Part shown: positions 35,301 through 44,120 of the stretch, one piece after another | Position numbering within the stretch: the stretch's first letter is position 1 | Layout of the letters: every line of letters begins with the position of its first letter | Source: an uncultured Planctomycetota bacterium | GTDB taxonomy: Bacteria; Planctomycetota; Planctomycetia; Isosphaerales; Isosphaeraceae | Length of the DNA stretch: 64,000 nt | Assembly (NCBI GenBank): GCA_963845755.1 | Contig: CAWJTV010000013.1 | Span: 96,001-160,000, forward strand | Direction: 5' to 3' | Translations under genes and position numbers: made by a program | The notes under the pieces: model-generated | Told to the model about the DNA's origin: nothing | Seen by the model: only the letters and a program-made list of their open reading frames with translations | Database searches by the model: none

Positions 35301-36410
35301 ACCTCTGGAGAAGCCGTGGCATCCCATTCGCGGGACGGCGTTCCGCTGGATGCCACGGTGATGTCGGAGGGGATCTTGGTGCGATCAAAGCCTGTGAGGA
35401 TCGGCGAATTATCGTATTTCACCAGGATCGTTCTGGGCGTGAGGTTCCGGTGAACCATGGCCTCACCGGCCGCCCCCGCCTTGTGCAACTCGGCCAGCGC
35501 GCGAACGGCCGCCTTGTGCAAAGGTCAACCGCCTAGTCGCGTCCCATGTAGGGTCGGTCGCTCGCTCCTCGATGCTTGGTGCGGCGGGGTTGACCACCGT
35601 GAAGAAGAACATCTCACCCGCATACCCAGGCACTTCCTGATAGGAATCCAGAATTCGAGGAGCCCATTCGCACAGTTGTAACCGATGGAGCGCTTCGAAC
35701 TCGCGTTTGGCCTTGGCCTCGGCATTCTTCTCGTCGTTTGCAGATAGGTCATAGAGATGTAAGATGACCCGATCTTGGCGTGCGGGGTGGCACCCTTTGT
35801 AGACACGATGAAAACGTTCCTCCTTCGACGTTTGGAGCTCCAGGTTAACATAACCGGCGAGCCGGCGCAACGAGCCATCCATAGCGACGGCGATCTTTGG
35901 CTCCAAGGCGTGCCCCAACCTCGCAACTTGTTGAGGCGACAGTGCTCGTCCGGAGTCGACGCCGATGGCGCCTTTCCAATCATTCAGTGTATGGAACCGG
36001 ACCCCTCGTACCTCCTTGTTGGCGAGCCGCTTGACTTTGCTCGGCTCTTGAGTCAGCAGGATAGCGCCAGCCACATGAGGAAGGTTCGGAGCAATCTTGC
36101 GGAGCGTTGTCCCGATCTTGCGAGCCTTGTTCGTAACTCGTTCCGCCTCCTGCTCCACCAGATCTCGATGCTGGTCCACCCATGAAGGACTCCAATGTTT
36201 AACCTCGACGACTCGAACGCCGGGCGAGCCGATCACGACAATGTCGATCTCGTCCGACTGCAACTGATTGGTAATCGAGAAGGCGAGGTTCGTTAGTAGG
36301 ACCCATGGGTCGTCTCCCGCTGCGGTTTGGAGGCGGCTTTTCAATTGCTCGACGGCTTTGCGCTCGCTTTCGTTCACCGCGGGGCCGCAGGGGAAGACGG
36401 TCACTTTCAT
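32326..36410 (-). CDS. NERD nuclease + tandem Ser/Thr kinase + P-loop NTPase, MAD6-like (about 1,350 aa, several frameshifts)
   Basis: NERD: NESERKA...EIDIVVIG...VVEVKHW. Kinase 1 (degenerate): VHRNLTPRTI. Kinase 2: LGSGGMGTAFKV, IHGDISPRN, LTDYD. NTPase: ILCGNAGDGKT and LAINDGRL. Confidence 0.75.
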
Positions 36411-37120
36411 CTTCTTACCTCCGTTTCCTGCATCCGAAACCTCAGCGGATCGGGGTGAGTGGGAGACCTATGGCGCAGGCCGCCACGCCGACCGTCGCAG
36501 ACTGCAAGGTGGTCCAGTCAGGTGATGGCCATATGCATTGGATCGGGTGTCATCTCGCTTTTGGTCCGAGGGGCGGGCGGAAGCGCGGGCGTTTCCTCTC
36601 GTCGGCAATGCGGTGGCCTGTCGGATACGAGTCGAGGTAGTTCTCCAGCGCGTGATGCGCGGGCATTTCATGTTTCTTGCTGCTTCTCTCACGAAGCCGC
36701 GTCCAGACAATTTTCCTTGAGCGTAATCTTCTTCGTTCGCCATTGCAACCATGGCGTCAGGGTAGATAGAAATAATTGGTCGTTGCGGTGATGATTGCCG
36801 CGCTCGTCGGGGATCAGGTAGACGCTGGAAATCAAGCTGCTTCGGTCCGACGACACAGACGAATGCTCGAACTCTTCCGGACTGGTACCGGTATCGACTC
36901 TGGAGGCGTCTTCGGGCCGCAAGGAGACACCCGGGCGTCGGGCGGCGATCCCGTCGAGATCCCCGTGCGACGGTTGCGGGACGCAACGAGGATGCGACCC
37001 CGGCCGGTGTTGAAGTGCGACCACGCGTTCATCCAGGCGCCCGGCCGAGCACTCGGGTGGGGGAATCGGCCTACGCCACCCCAGCCGCCCGCGGTAGAAT
37101 GCCGCCGGGAGGTGACCGTG

Positions 37121-37534
37121 ATGCAGACCATAACTCTGTCCGCCCAGGCCGTGGCCGTGCTCCGGTTCGAGATCCGGGGGTGGAAGGCGAAGGCCCCGGC
37201 CGGCCGGCTGTCCGCCTACCGCGAGCTGGCCGCGGCCGGGGTCATGGAAACGGTGCCGGGCTCGGAGGGGGAGTACCGCTTCACCCGGGAGGGACGGGAG
37301 CATGGCGGGGCCATCCTCGAGCGGGAGGCGGAGCGGATCGAGCGGGAGCGGTACGAGCCGCCCGATGCCAGTCGTCTGTCGCATGTGGCCAGGGAACTAT
37401 GGCGGCGTGCCAATCATCGCGGGCTTGCAGAAGAGGTCGCGGAGGCGCCGGAACGGATTGTGCATGCCGGGACGATTCCACGTTTCGCGACAGATGGCAA
37501 GCCGCCCACCGGGGGACAAGGTGAATTCGCGTGA
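37121..37534 (+). CDS. Small hypothetical protein, possibly 3'-truncated
   Basis: RBS GGAGGTG before MQTITLSAQAVAVLRF...AYRELAAAGVME; high GC3 only over the first roughly 85 codons. Confidence 0.45.
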   Translation: MQTITLSAQAVAVLRFEIRGWKAKAPAGRLSAYRELAAAGVMETVPGSEGEYRFTREGREHGGAILEREAERIERERYEPPDASRLSHVARELWRRANHRGLAEEVAEAPERIVHAGTIPRFATDGKPPTGGQGEFA

Positions 37535-37736
37535 TGCCTTGACGACCGCTTCCCGCGCCGCGCCATTCCTCGCTTCGCCTCCCCCTGCCCGTGTTGGTGC
37601 GGGCATGGTGCCCAGATCCCGGAAGGGGCCCGGAAAGGGGACGGAACGAATCTTGGACCCCGAAGGCGACGGGGCCCGGGACTATCCGCCGAGATCACGG
37701 TTTGTGGATGACCCGTTCGTGACCGCGGGTCTCTTA

Positions 37737-38644
37737 GAGTGCTCGGAAAAAATGAGTTCACTGGCCCAGGAGCCTCAAACAGATCAAGGAACATGCTAAC
37801 TTGAGGAACGCGTCTTGAATCTCGGTGAGCCGATCCAAACGGCGGCGCAGCCGGCCGAAGGAGTGCAGCCACGCGATGGTCCGCTCTACGTACCAGCGGG
37901 ACTTGCCCAAACCGCTGCCGTGCTCCGTATTGCGGGCCGCCAGCACCGGCGTGGTCCCCCGGCCGCGCAAACCCTGCCGCACCGGTTCCGAGTCGTAGCC
38001 CCGATCCCCCTGCAAGCGGTCGGGCTTCTGCCGCTTCGGCCCCGGCTTGCCGCCCACCGGCGGCATGTCGTCGAGCGTCGTGAAGACCTGGGTGATCTCG
38101 GGGACGTTGGCGGCGGTCACCGTCGCCGCCAGCGGCACGCCTTGGGCGTCGGTCATCACGTGGTGCTTGCTGCCGGATTTGCTCCGGTCCGTCGGATTCG
38201 GGCCGGTATCCTCGCCCCCTTCCGGGGCCTTGGCGAAGGAGGCGTCGATCAGCGCCCGCTCCCAGTCGATCGCGTCAGCGCCGTTGAGCTCGGCCAGCAA
38301 GACGGCGTGCAACTGGCGCCAGACACGGCCTGCTGCCACGCCTGCAGGTAGGACCGGCAGGTCTTGCCGCAGCCGCAGCCGAGGTCGGCGGGCAAGTCGT
38401 CCCAGGCGATGCCGGTCTTGAGCACGAACAAGATGCCGGTGAGGATCTTGCGGTAGTCCAGGGGTTTGCGTCCCGGGAAGCGGAAGCGGCGCGGAGGCGG
38501 GGGTGGCAGCAAGGGCTCCAGGCGCTTCCACAGCGCATCGGAGACAAGGGGTTTCATGGTGGTCCTCCTTCGGTTCGGGAGATCACTCTCCGAAGGACTC
38601 AAGAGCAGACAGCGTGCCAGTGGATTCATTTTTTCCGAGCGCTC
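37737..38644 (-). mobile_element. IS5-family insertion sequence, 908 bp
   Basis: Long terminal inverted repeats GAGTGCTCGGAAAAAATGAGTTCACTGGC / GCCAGTGGATTCATTTTTTCCGAGCGCTC; TTA duplicated on both flanks. Confidence 0.92.
37758..38557 (-). CDS. IS5-family transposase (frameshift near 38325)
   Basis: MKPLVSDALW...LKTGIAWDDLP, IDAS, GDRGYD and RWYVERTIAWL. Confidence 0.9.
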
Positions 38645-38688
38645 TTAGGAAGTCCGTAGGGTTTCCAGTGTTCGGAGCGCGCAGTACT

Positions 38689-38930
38689 CTGTCTACCGTC
38701 ACATTCGAGGAAGCCAAGGCTTATCGGGATGAGTTGATCACAGGTCTCTGGCCGGGCGAGGAGCTGATCATCACGCGCGGCGAGCGGCTGGTCGGGACGC
38801 CCACCGAGGTGCCCCGCCCGCTGCCGGGACGCGGTCAAGGTATGCTGACGATCGTCTTGGAAGACGACAACCATCTCAAGGATTTCGCCGAGTCCATGCC
38901 GTGATGCGCTGCTCGATACGCATCGTCGAG
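38689..38930 (+). pseudogene. Decayed Phd-like antitoxin plus the start of a PIN toxin
   Basis: STVTFEEAKA...GEELIITRG...PGRGQGMLTI..EDDNHLKDFAESMP with no ATG, followed by a broken MR(L)LDTH. Confidence 0.55.
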
Positions 38931-39249
38931 ATCATGCGCGAGATCCAGGATCTGCTGGCGAGGAGGTCATGAGCCGAACCCGCAGGATTCCATCACCGAC
39001 TCCGGTTGACCTCAAGATTCCCGGGTATGACGTAGAGAGGCCGTGCTCAGACCAGAGGTCGTGCTCAGACCAGGTTTCTAGTTTCTTGGCCGCCGCTTCC
39101 TCTCCGAATCCACACCGGCCTTCCGACTCGACTACCGCCAGGAATACGGCCGCCTCACCCTCTCCGTCATCACCGTCATGGGGATGGTCAAGGGCCTGGA
39201 GAAGGTCCAGGTGACGCTCCCACTCGACATGCCGCTGGCAGGAGATTAC

Positions 39250-39309
39250 GTAGGTCAGGCTTCCCAGCCTGACAGAGCCAGACTGTCAGGCTGGGAAGCC
39301 TGACCCTAC
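39250..39309. repeat. GTAG-family REP-like inverted doublet
   Basis: GTAGGTCAGGCTTCCCAGCCTGAC...GTCAGGCTGGGAAGCCTGACCCTAC, a near-perfect palindrome. Confidence 0.8.
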
Positions 39310-39510
39310 CGAAGACGATACAACCGAACCGGATAAAAGCTCTTCGGCGAGGAATGAAACAACTCGCGATCCTGAGTCAGGCCCAGGCTGGCGCGGAGCC
39401 CCTCCAGGTAAGGTCCCCACGTCTCGGGTCGATGTCCGGCGGCGGTTCGAACTGAGTCCCAGAGGAAGTGGGTGACGCGATACTGGGCGATCACCTCCTG
39501 GATCCGCCGG
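39306..39510 (-). pseudogene. Diverged copy of the 3' end of the glycosyltransferase gene at 15339-15543
   Basis: RRIQEVIAQYRVTHFLW...PETWGPYLEGLR..LGLTQDRELFHSS..FYPVRLYRLR versus RRIQEVIQKYRVTHFLW...FYPVRLYRIQ. Confidence 0.85.
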
Positions 39511-39532
39511 AACTCGTTTTTCTGGAAAGATC

Positions 39533-39582
39533 TTGCTCAGGGCCGCATTCTATGGTACCCTTAAACGTACCTTTGGAGGTAC
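39533..39582 (+). promoter_or_regulatory. Promoter/operator of the Phd-RelE pair
   Basis: TTGCTC-17 nt-TACCCT; GTAC cores at 39555, 39567 and 39579 (12-bp period). Confidence 0.55.
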
Positions 39583-39587
39583 TGATC

Positions 39588-39863
39588 ATGGCTAGAGTCC
39601 CCGCCATCGTTCCGGTATCCGATCTCAGACAGGACGCGGCGGCCGTCCTGAAGAAGGCACGCGATTCGGATGAACCGATCTTCATTACACAGCGGGGGCG
39701 GGCGACGGCTGTCCTTCTGAGCATCGACGCCTTCGAGCGATCGGAGAACCAGCGAGAGCTCCTCCAACTCCTGGCTCGGGGCGAACAGGAGATTGCTAGC
39801 GGCATCGGCCACAGCCTTGACAGCGTGCTGACCGAAGCCGACACGCTCCTGTCGGAAGGCTGA
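39588..39863 (+). CDS. Phd/YefM-family antitoxin
   Basis: IVPVSDLRQDAAAVL...EPIFITQRGRATAVLLS; RBS GGAGG. Confidence 0.9.
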   Translation: MARVPAIVPVSDLRQDAAAVLKKARDSDEPIFITQRGRATAVLLSIDAFERSENQRELLQLLARGEQEIASGIGHSLDSVLTEADTLLSEG

Positions 39864-39865
39864 TC

Positions 39866-40162
39866 ATGGACGTTCGATTCACGGCCACGGGTCGGGCGCA
39901 GTTCCTCGGTGCGATCGATTCGATTCGTCGAAAGAGCCCCCAGGCCGCCCGGCAGTTTCGCCAGCGATCTGAGAAGTCGCTCAAGCGACTGGCGAAGTTC
40001 CCCAACTCCGGCGCGCTCGTTACCGAGTTCCGCCATCTGCCCTATCGCGAGGTGTATGTCCAGCCCTACCGGTTTTTCTACCGCGTTCGGGAAAAAACCG
40101 TATGGGTCGTTGCGGTCTGGCATGGTGCCCAGATCCCGGAGGAACCGGAGGCGCGGAGCTGA
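39866..40162 (+). CDS. RelE/ParE-family toxin
   Basis: LAKFPNSG...YREVYVQPYRFFYR...VWVVAVWHGAQ. Confidence 0.88.
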   Translation: MDVRFTATGRAQFLGAIDSIRRKSPQAARQFRQRSEKSLKRLAKFPNSGALVTEFRHLPYREVYVQPYRFFYRVREKTVWVVAVWHGAQIPEEPEARS

Positions 40163-40221
40163 TCGCGCGGCCGTGTGTCGAACTTGGAGCATCGCATCAG
40201 CTCTCGGGTGGCTCGTCATCG

Positions 40222-41619
40222 TCACTGAGTTCGCCTTCGACTCAATTCCTCTTCGATCTGGTGAGCGGCGGCGGTGAGCCCTCGCACGTCCTTGAGCTTG
40301 GCCAGGTAGACGCATGCGCCGATCAATCCGCCGCCGTACATCAGCACGCGGAAGCCCAGCAACGCCAGATCGCCGCCAGGGTGGTCGACCAGATTGAAGA
40401 TCTGGGCGGCGACCAGCTCGCTGATACCCAGGGCGCCGAACGGCAGCGGCACGGCCGTCGTGAAGAGGATCAAGGGGACCATCAGGAAGTGCTGGGCGAT
40501 GGTGGTCGTCATCGCCGGGAAGAGCATCTTCCCGACGATGTAGAACGCGAGCACGTTGAGCGTATGGTTGCCCATCGACATCAACGTGCAGAACGAGACC
40601 ACGTCCAGCCGGCGCCGGTAGGTCGTCAACATCGACTTCAACTCGGAGACGATCAGGCTCAACCGGGAATGCCCCCTCCCGAGTTGAGGGAAGATCGCGG
40701 TGAACACCTGGCCGAAGATCGCGGCCAGGACCAGCACGCCAAGGCCGGTCGCGATCCAGGCGGCCACGATCAGGTTGCGGACCTCGGTCGGAGGGTTCGC
40801 ACTCCAGGCGATCAACCCGCCGATCGACGCCAGGATGAACAGGCCGAGGAGTCCGACGATCCGGTCGATCACCATGGACGCGATCGCCTGCGTCTTCTTG
40901 ATGTGCATCTTCGCCAGGTAGGCCGCCTTGATCAGGTCGCCCCCCACCGCGCCGGGGATCACCAGGTTGAACACGTTGCCGATGAAGCCCAGGAGGATCG
41001 CCGCGCGGAGGGTGAACCGCGGGTCGATGACCCGGACCAGGAGGAACCAGCGGAAGAATGTCGAGACCAGCCCGATCATGTAGATCACGAGCGCCAGCCC
41101 CAGCAAGCGGAGGTCCAGCGGGGGTCTGAAGAGGGTCTGACCGGTGATTGATGTTGCCTCGCTGAGGACCTGCACCGTCTCGGCACTGCTGAGGACCTGC
41201 TGGGGCAACCAGCCCGGGAGCTGCTGCTTGAGGGTCGCGATCGCGCCGGCTTGGCCGGTGGAGAGGCTCGACTCCAGCTCGTCCGACAGGATCTTGCCGG
41301 AGGCATCGGCGGACGCGAGGTGCAGCGCGCCGCTGCGATCGCTCGTCTCATAGGTGTCGGTGCGGACGCCGGCGGAATCGAAGGTCCGGATGTGGACCAG
41401 GCCGTTGTTGTCGAGGCCGGCGATGACGAGGTTGTTACCCGAGGTCGGCACCCCCGCGCCGTCCCCCCAGGACATCAATTGCAGGTCGGGCCCGCTGAAG
41501 ACCTCCTGGAGCTTGTACCGATTCCTCCAGATGACCCAGCCCAGCAGGCCGAAGGCCAGCGCCACCAGGAGGGCGTTGATGATCAATCCGAGCTTCGAGC
41601 GTGGTGCAGGATTTGTCAT
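40222..41619 (-). CDS. Lysylphosphatidylglycerol synthase TM / flippase-like membrane protein with an in-frame insert (3' end uncertain)
   Basis: RWFLLV, FNLVIPGAVGGDLIK, SMVIDRIVG and PLPFGALGISE motifs. Confidence 0.88.
   Translation of the reverse strand: MTNPAPRSKLGLIINALLVALAFGLLGWVIWRNRYKLQEVFSGPDLQLMSWGDGAGVPTSGNNLVIAGLDNNGLVHIRTFDSAGVRTDTYETSDRSGALHLASADASGKILSDELESSLSTGQAGAIATLKQQLPGWLPQQVLSSAETVQVLSEATSITGQTLFRPPLDLRLLGLALVIYMIGLVSTFFRWFLLVRVIDPRFTLRAAILLGFIGNVFNLVIPGAVGGDLIKAAYLAKMHIKKTQAIASMVIDRIVGLLGLFILASIGGLIAWSANPPTEVRNLIVAAWIATGLGVLVLAAIFGQVFTAIFPQLGRGHSRLSLIVSELKSMLTTYRRRLDVVSFCTLMSMGNHTLNVLAFYIVGKMLFPAMTTTIAQHFLMVPLILFTTAVPLPFGALGISELVAAQIFNLVDHPGGDLALLGFRVLMYGGGLIGACVYLAKLKDVRGLTAAAHQIEEELSRRRTQ
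41126..41501 (-). mobile_element. Putative in-frame coding insertion (369 bp plus duplicated 7-mer)
   Basis: CTGAAGA at 41126-41132 and 41495-41501 (369 bp apart, 123 codons); imperfect terminal inverted repeat GGGTCTGACC / GGTCGGGCCC; hydrophilic segment foreign to the TM protein. Confidence 0.55.
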
Positions 41620-41856
41620 TTCGGACCATTGTTGGTAGTCATGAGAACGGTTCGCGAACCAGTCTCATTGAGATTATCATATATTATTTATTAAATTAAA
41701 TCTGGTGCATCTAGTGTTCTAGTGAACAGTATTTTCGGCCTGTTCCACCTGTTATGCTACCTGTTCTGAGGCACAAGGCTCCTGAGCGTCAATCGCTCTG
41801 GGTCGCGTACGCGCCGCGCGAGCACCATCGCGGGCGCGACACATTTGTGAACCTCT

Positions 41857-42459
41857 TTAGAGCGTTCCCTTGGTTGAGGGGACTCCAGGGCACCGGGGAT
41901 CCGCCTCGATCGCCGAGCGGAGGGCGCGGGCCGCCGCCTTGAAGATCGCCTCGCTGACGTGGTGCGTGTTGCGTCCGTGGTGCAGCAGGGCGTGGAAGTT
42001 CATCCGGCCGTGGTTGGCGACCGCCTGCCAGAAGTCGGCGACCAGCTCGCTGTCGAACGTGCCGATCTTGGGCGACGGCATCGTGACGTGCCATACCCAG
42101 TAGGGCCGACCGCCCAGGTCCACGGCGACGGTCACCAGCGTCTCATCCATCGGGAGCACCGCGTGGCCATACCGTCGGATACCCGCCCGATCGCCCAGCG
42201 CCCGATCGATCGCCTGGCCCAGGCAGATGCCCACGTCCTCGGTCGTGTGATGGTCGTCGACGTGCAGGTCCCCCGTACAGGCGACGGTCAGGTCCACGAG
42301 CGAATGCCGTGCGAACAGCTCGAGCATATGGTCGAGGAAGCCGACTCCCGTGCTCACCTCCGCCCGACCTTCCCCATCCAGCCGGAGGCTCAGGCGAATG
42401 TCGGTCTCTCGGGTCTTCCGCACGATCTCGGCGGAGCGTGCGGCCTGGTCATTAGTCAT
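41857..42459 (-). CDS. hisB: Imidazoleglycerol-phosphate dehydratase
   Basis: [34 protein letters not shown] and PSTKGTL. Confidence 0.97.
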   Translation of the reverse strand: MTNDQAARSAEIVRKTRETDIRLSLRLDGEGRAEVSTGVGFLDHMLELFARHSLVDLTVACTGDLHVDDHHTTEDVGICLGQAIDRALGDRAGIRRYGHAVLPMDETLVTVAVDLGGRPYWVWHVTMPSPKIGTFDSELVADFWQAVANHGRMNFHALLHHGRNTHHVSEAIFKAAARALRSAIEADPRCPGVPSTKGTL

Positions 42460-42481
42460 TGGTCATCAGTCATTGGTTATG
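42446..42481. repeat. Heptamer tandem repeat at the hisC-hisB junction
   Basis: TGGTCAT TAGTCAT TGGTCAT CAGTCAT TGGTTAT. Confidence 0.8.
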
Positions 42482-43532
42482 GGGTCGAGATTTGACGAAG
42501 CGCCACGAGGAAACGGTCGATCTCCTCATCCGTGCCGACGCTGATCCTCAGGCCCTCGGGATAGCCGGGATAGGCCATCAGCCGGACCAGGATCTTGCGG
42601 TCCTTGAGCCGCCTGGAAGGTCGCTCGCGCCGGCGGGCCGCCGGTCGCCCAGACGAAGTTCGACTGGCTGTCGGGCACCTCGTAGCCCAGGGCGCGCAAG
42701 GCGTCGGTGAGTCGTGCACGCGTCGCCAGGACCTTGGCTCGCGTCACCGCCAGGTACTCTTGATCCAGGAGCGCGGCCACCCCGGCGACCTGGCTGAGCC
42801 TGTTGCAGTTATACGAGTCCTTGACCTTGATCAGGTGCTCGACAATCTCCGCCCGAGCCACCAGGTAGCCCAGGCGGATGCCGGCCAGGCTGTACCCCTT
42901 GCTGAAGGATCGCGTGACGATCACGTTGGGGTGTTCCGCCAGCAGGGGGATGCTGTGGTATTCCGGATCGGCGAAATCGGCATAGGCTTCGTCGACCAGG
43001 AGCGGACAGTCGAGCGAGCCCGCCAGCTCGGCGACCTCCGCGCGGGATCGCGGTGCCTGAGGGGCTGTCCGGATTGGCCAGGTAGACCAGCTTGAGGCCG
43101 GGTACGGCCAGCGCGCCGCGGTCGAGCCTCCAGTCCCGGGAATAGGGCACCGTCACGGCGCGACCGTCCTGGAGCTGGATGAGCGTCGCGTAGAGCAGAT
43201 AGCTCGGCGACGCGAAGGCCGCCGGGTCGCCCGGCCCGATGAAAGAGCCGCGTCACGACCGTCAGGATGTCATCCGATCCGTTGCCGGCCAGGATCATCT
43301 CGGGTTCGACCCCGTGCAACTGGGCCGCGGCCCGACACAACTCGGTGCACATCGGGTCGGGATAGAGGCGGAGCCGGTCGGTGACCGCCTCCGCGATCGC
43401 CGCCTTGACCTGGGGCGAGGGAGGATAGGGATTCTCGTTGGTGTTCAGCTTGGTGAATCCGCCGTCGCGCGGCTGTTCGCCCGGCAGATAACCGGCCATC
43501 CGCGCGATGTTCGGACGAAAGAAGCGGCTCAT
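42477..43532 (-). CDS. hisC: Histidinol-phosphate aminotransferase (several apparent sequencing frameshifts)
   Basis: KLNTNENPYPPSP, GNGSDD, VDEAYADF, RSFSKGYSLAGIRLG and LRISVG. Confidence 0.93.
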
Positions 43533-43565
43533 CCCGTTCGGGTCCTCTGGGGCCGTCGCGAACAA

Positions 43566-44120
43566 TCAGGATTCTTGGGCCAGGGCGGCGAGGTGGCGGA
43601 GCGGTTCGTCGTCGAGGCGGTAGACGGTCCACTCGTCCATGGGCCTGGCCCCCACCGCGCGGTAGAAGGCGATCGACGGGGCGTTCCAGTCGAGCACAGA
43701 CCACTCCAGCCGGCCGCAGCCGCGCTCCACGGCCAGCCGGGCGAGGAATGCCAGCAGGGCCTTGCCGATCCCTCGGCCGCGGAATTCCGGCCTCACGAAG
43801 AGATCCTCGAGGTACAGCCCGGGCTGGCCTCGGAACGTCGAGAAGTTGGAGAACCACAGGGCAAAGCCGGCCGGCTCCCCTTCGACCTCAGCGAGGGCGG
43901 CCTCGGCGGCGGGGCGCGGGCCGAAGAGGTGCCGGCGGAAGTCGTCGGGCGTCGCCTTCGCGTACGGTTCCAACTTCTCGTAGATCGCCAGCTCGCGGAC
44001 CAGGTTCACCAGGGTCTCCGCATCGTCGGGCCGGGCCGGCCGGATCGTGAACGAGGCGGTCCGGAAGCCGTTGAATCGCGATGGCGTCGATTCGGACCGC
44101 TCGTTCGGCGCGGAATTCAT
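43566..44120 (-). CDS. GNAT-family N-acetyltransferase (spermidine/diamine acetyltransferase-like)
   Basis: ELAIYEKL, YLEDLFVRPEFRGRGIGKALL and EWSVLDWN; ATG overlaps the hisD stop (ATGA). Confidence 0.92.
   Translation of the reverse strand: MNSAPNERSESTPSRFNGFRTASFTIRPARPDDAETLVNLVRELAIYEKLEPYAKATPDDFRRHLFGPRPAAEAALAEVEGEPAGFALWFSNFSTFRGQPGLYLEDLFVRPEFRGRGIGKALLAFLARLAVERGCGRLEWSVLDWNAPSIAFYRAVGARPMDEWTVYRLDDEPLRHLAALAQES

Noticed and set aside
32326..36410. BREX type 2 PglW assignment
   Set aside because: Shares NERD plus kinases, but no pglX/pglY/pglZ follow. The C-terminal GNAGDGKT NTPase and the two downstream genes fit a MAD6-7-8-like module better.
41670..41701. dif-like Xer recombination site
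   Set aside because: Only a loose resemblance to the XerD arm; no proper 11-6-11 structure.
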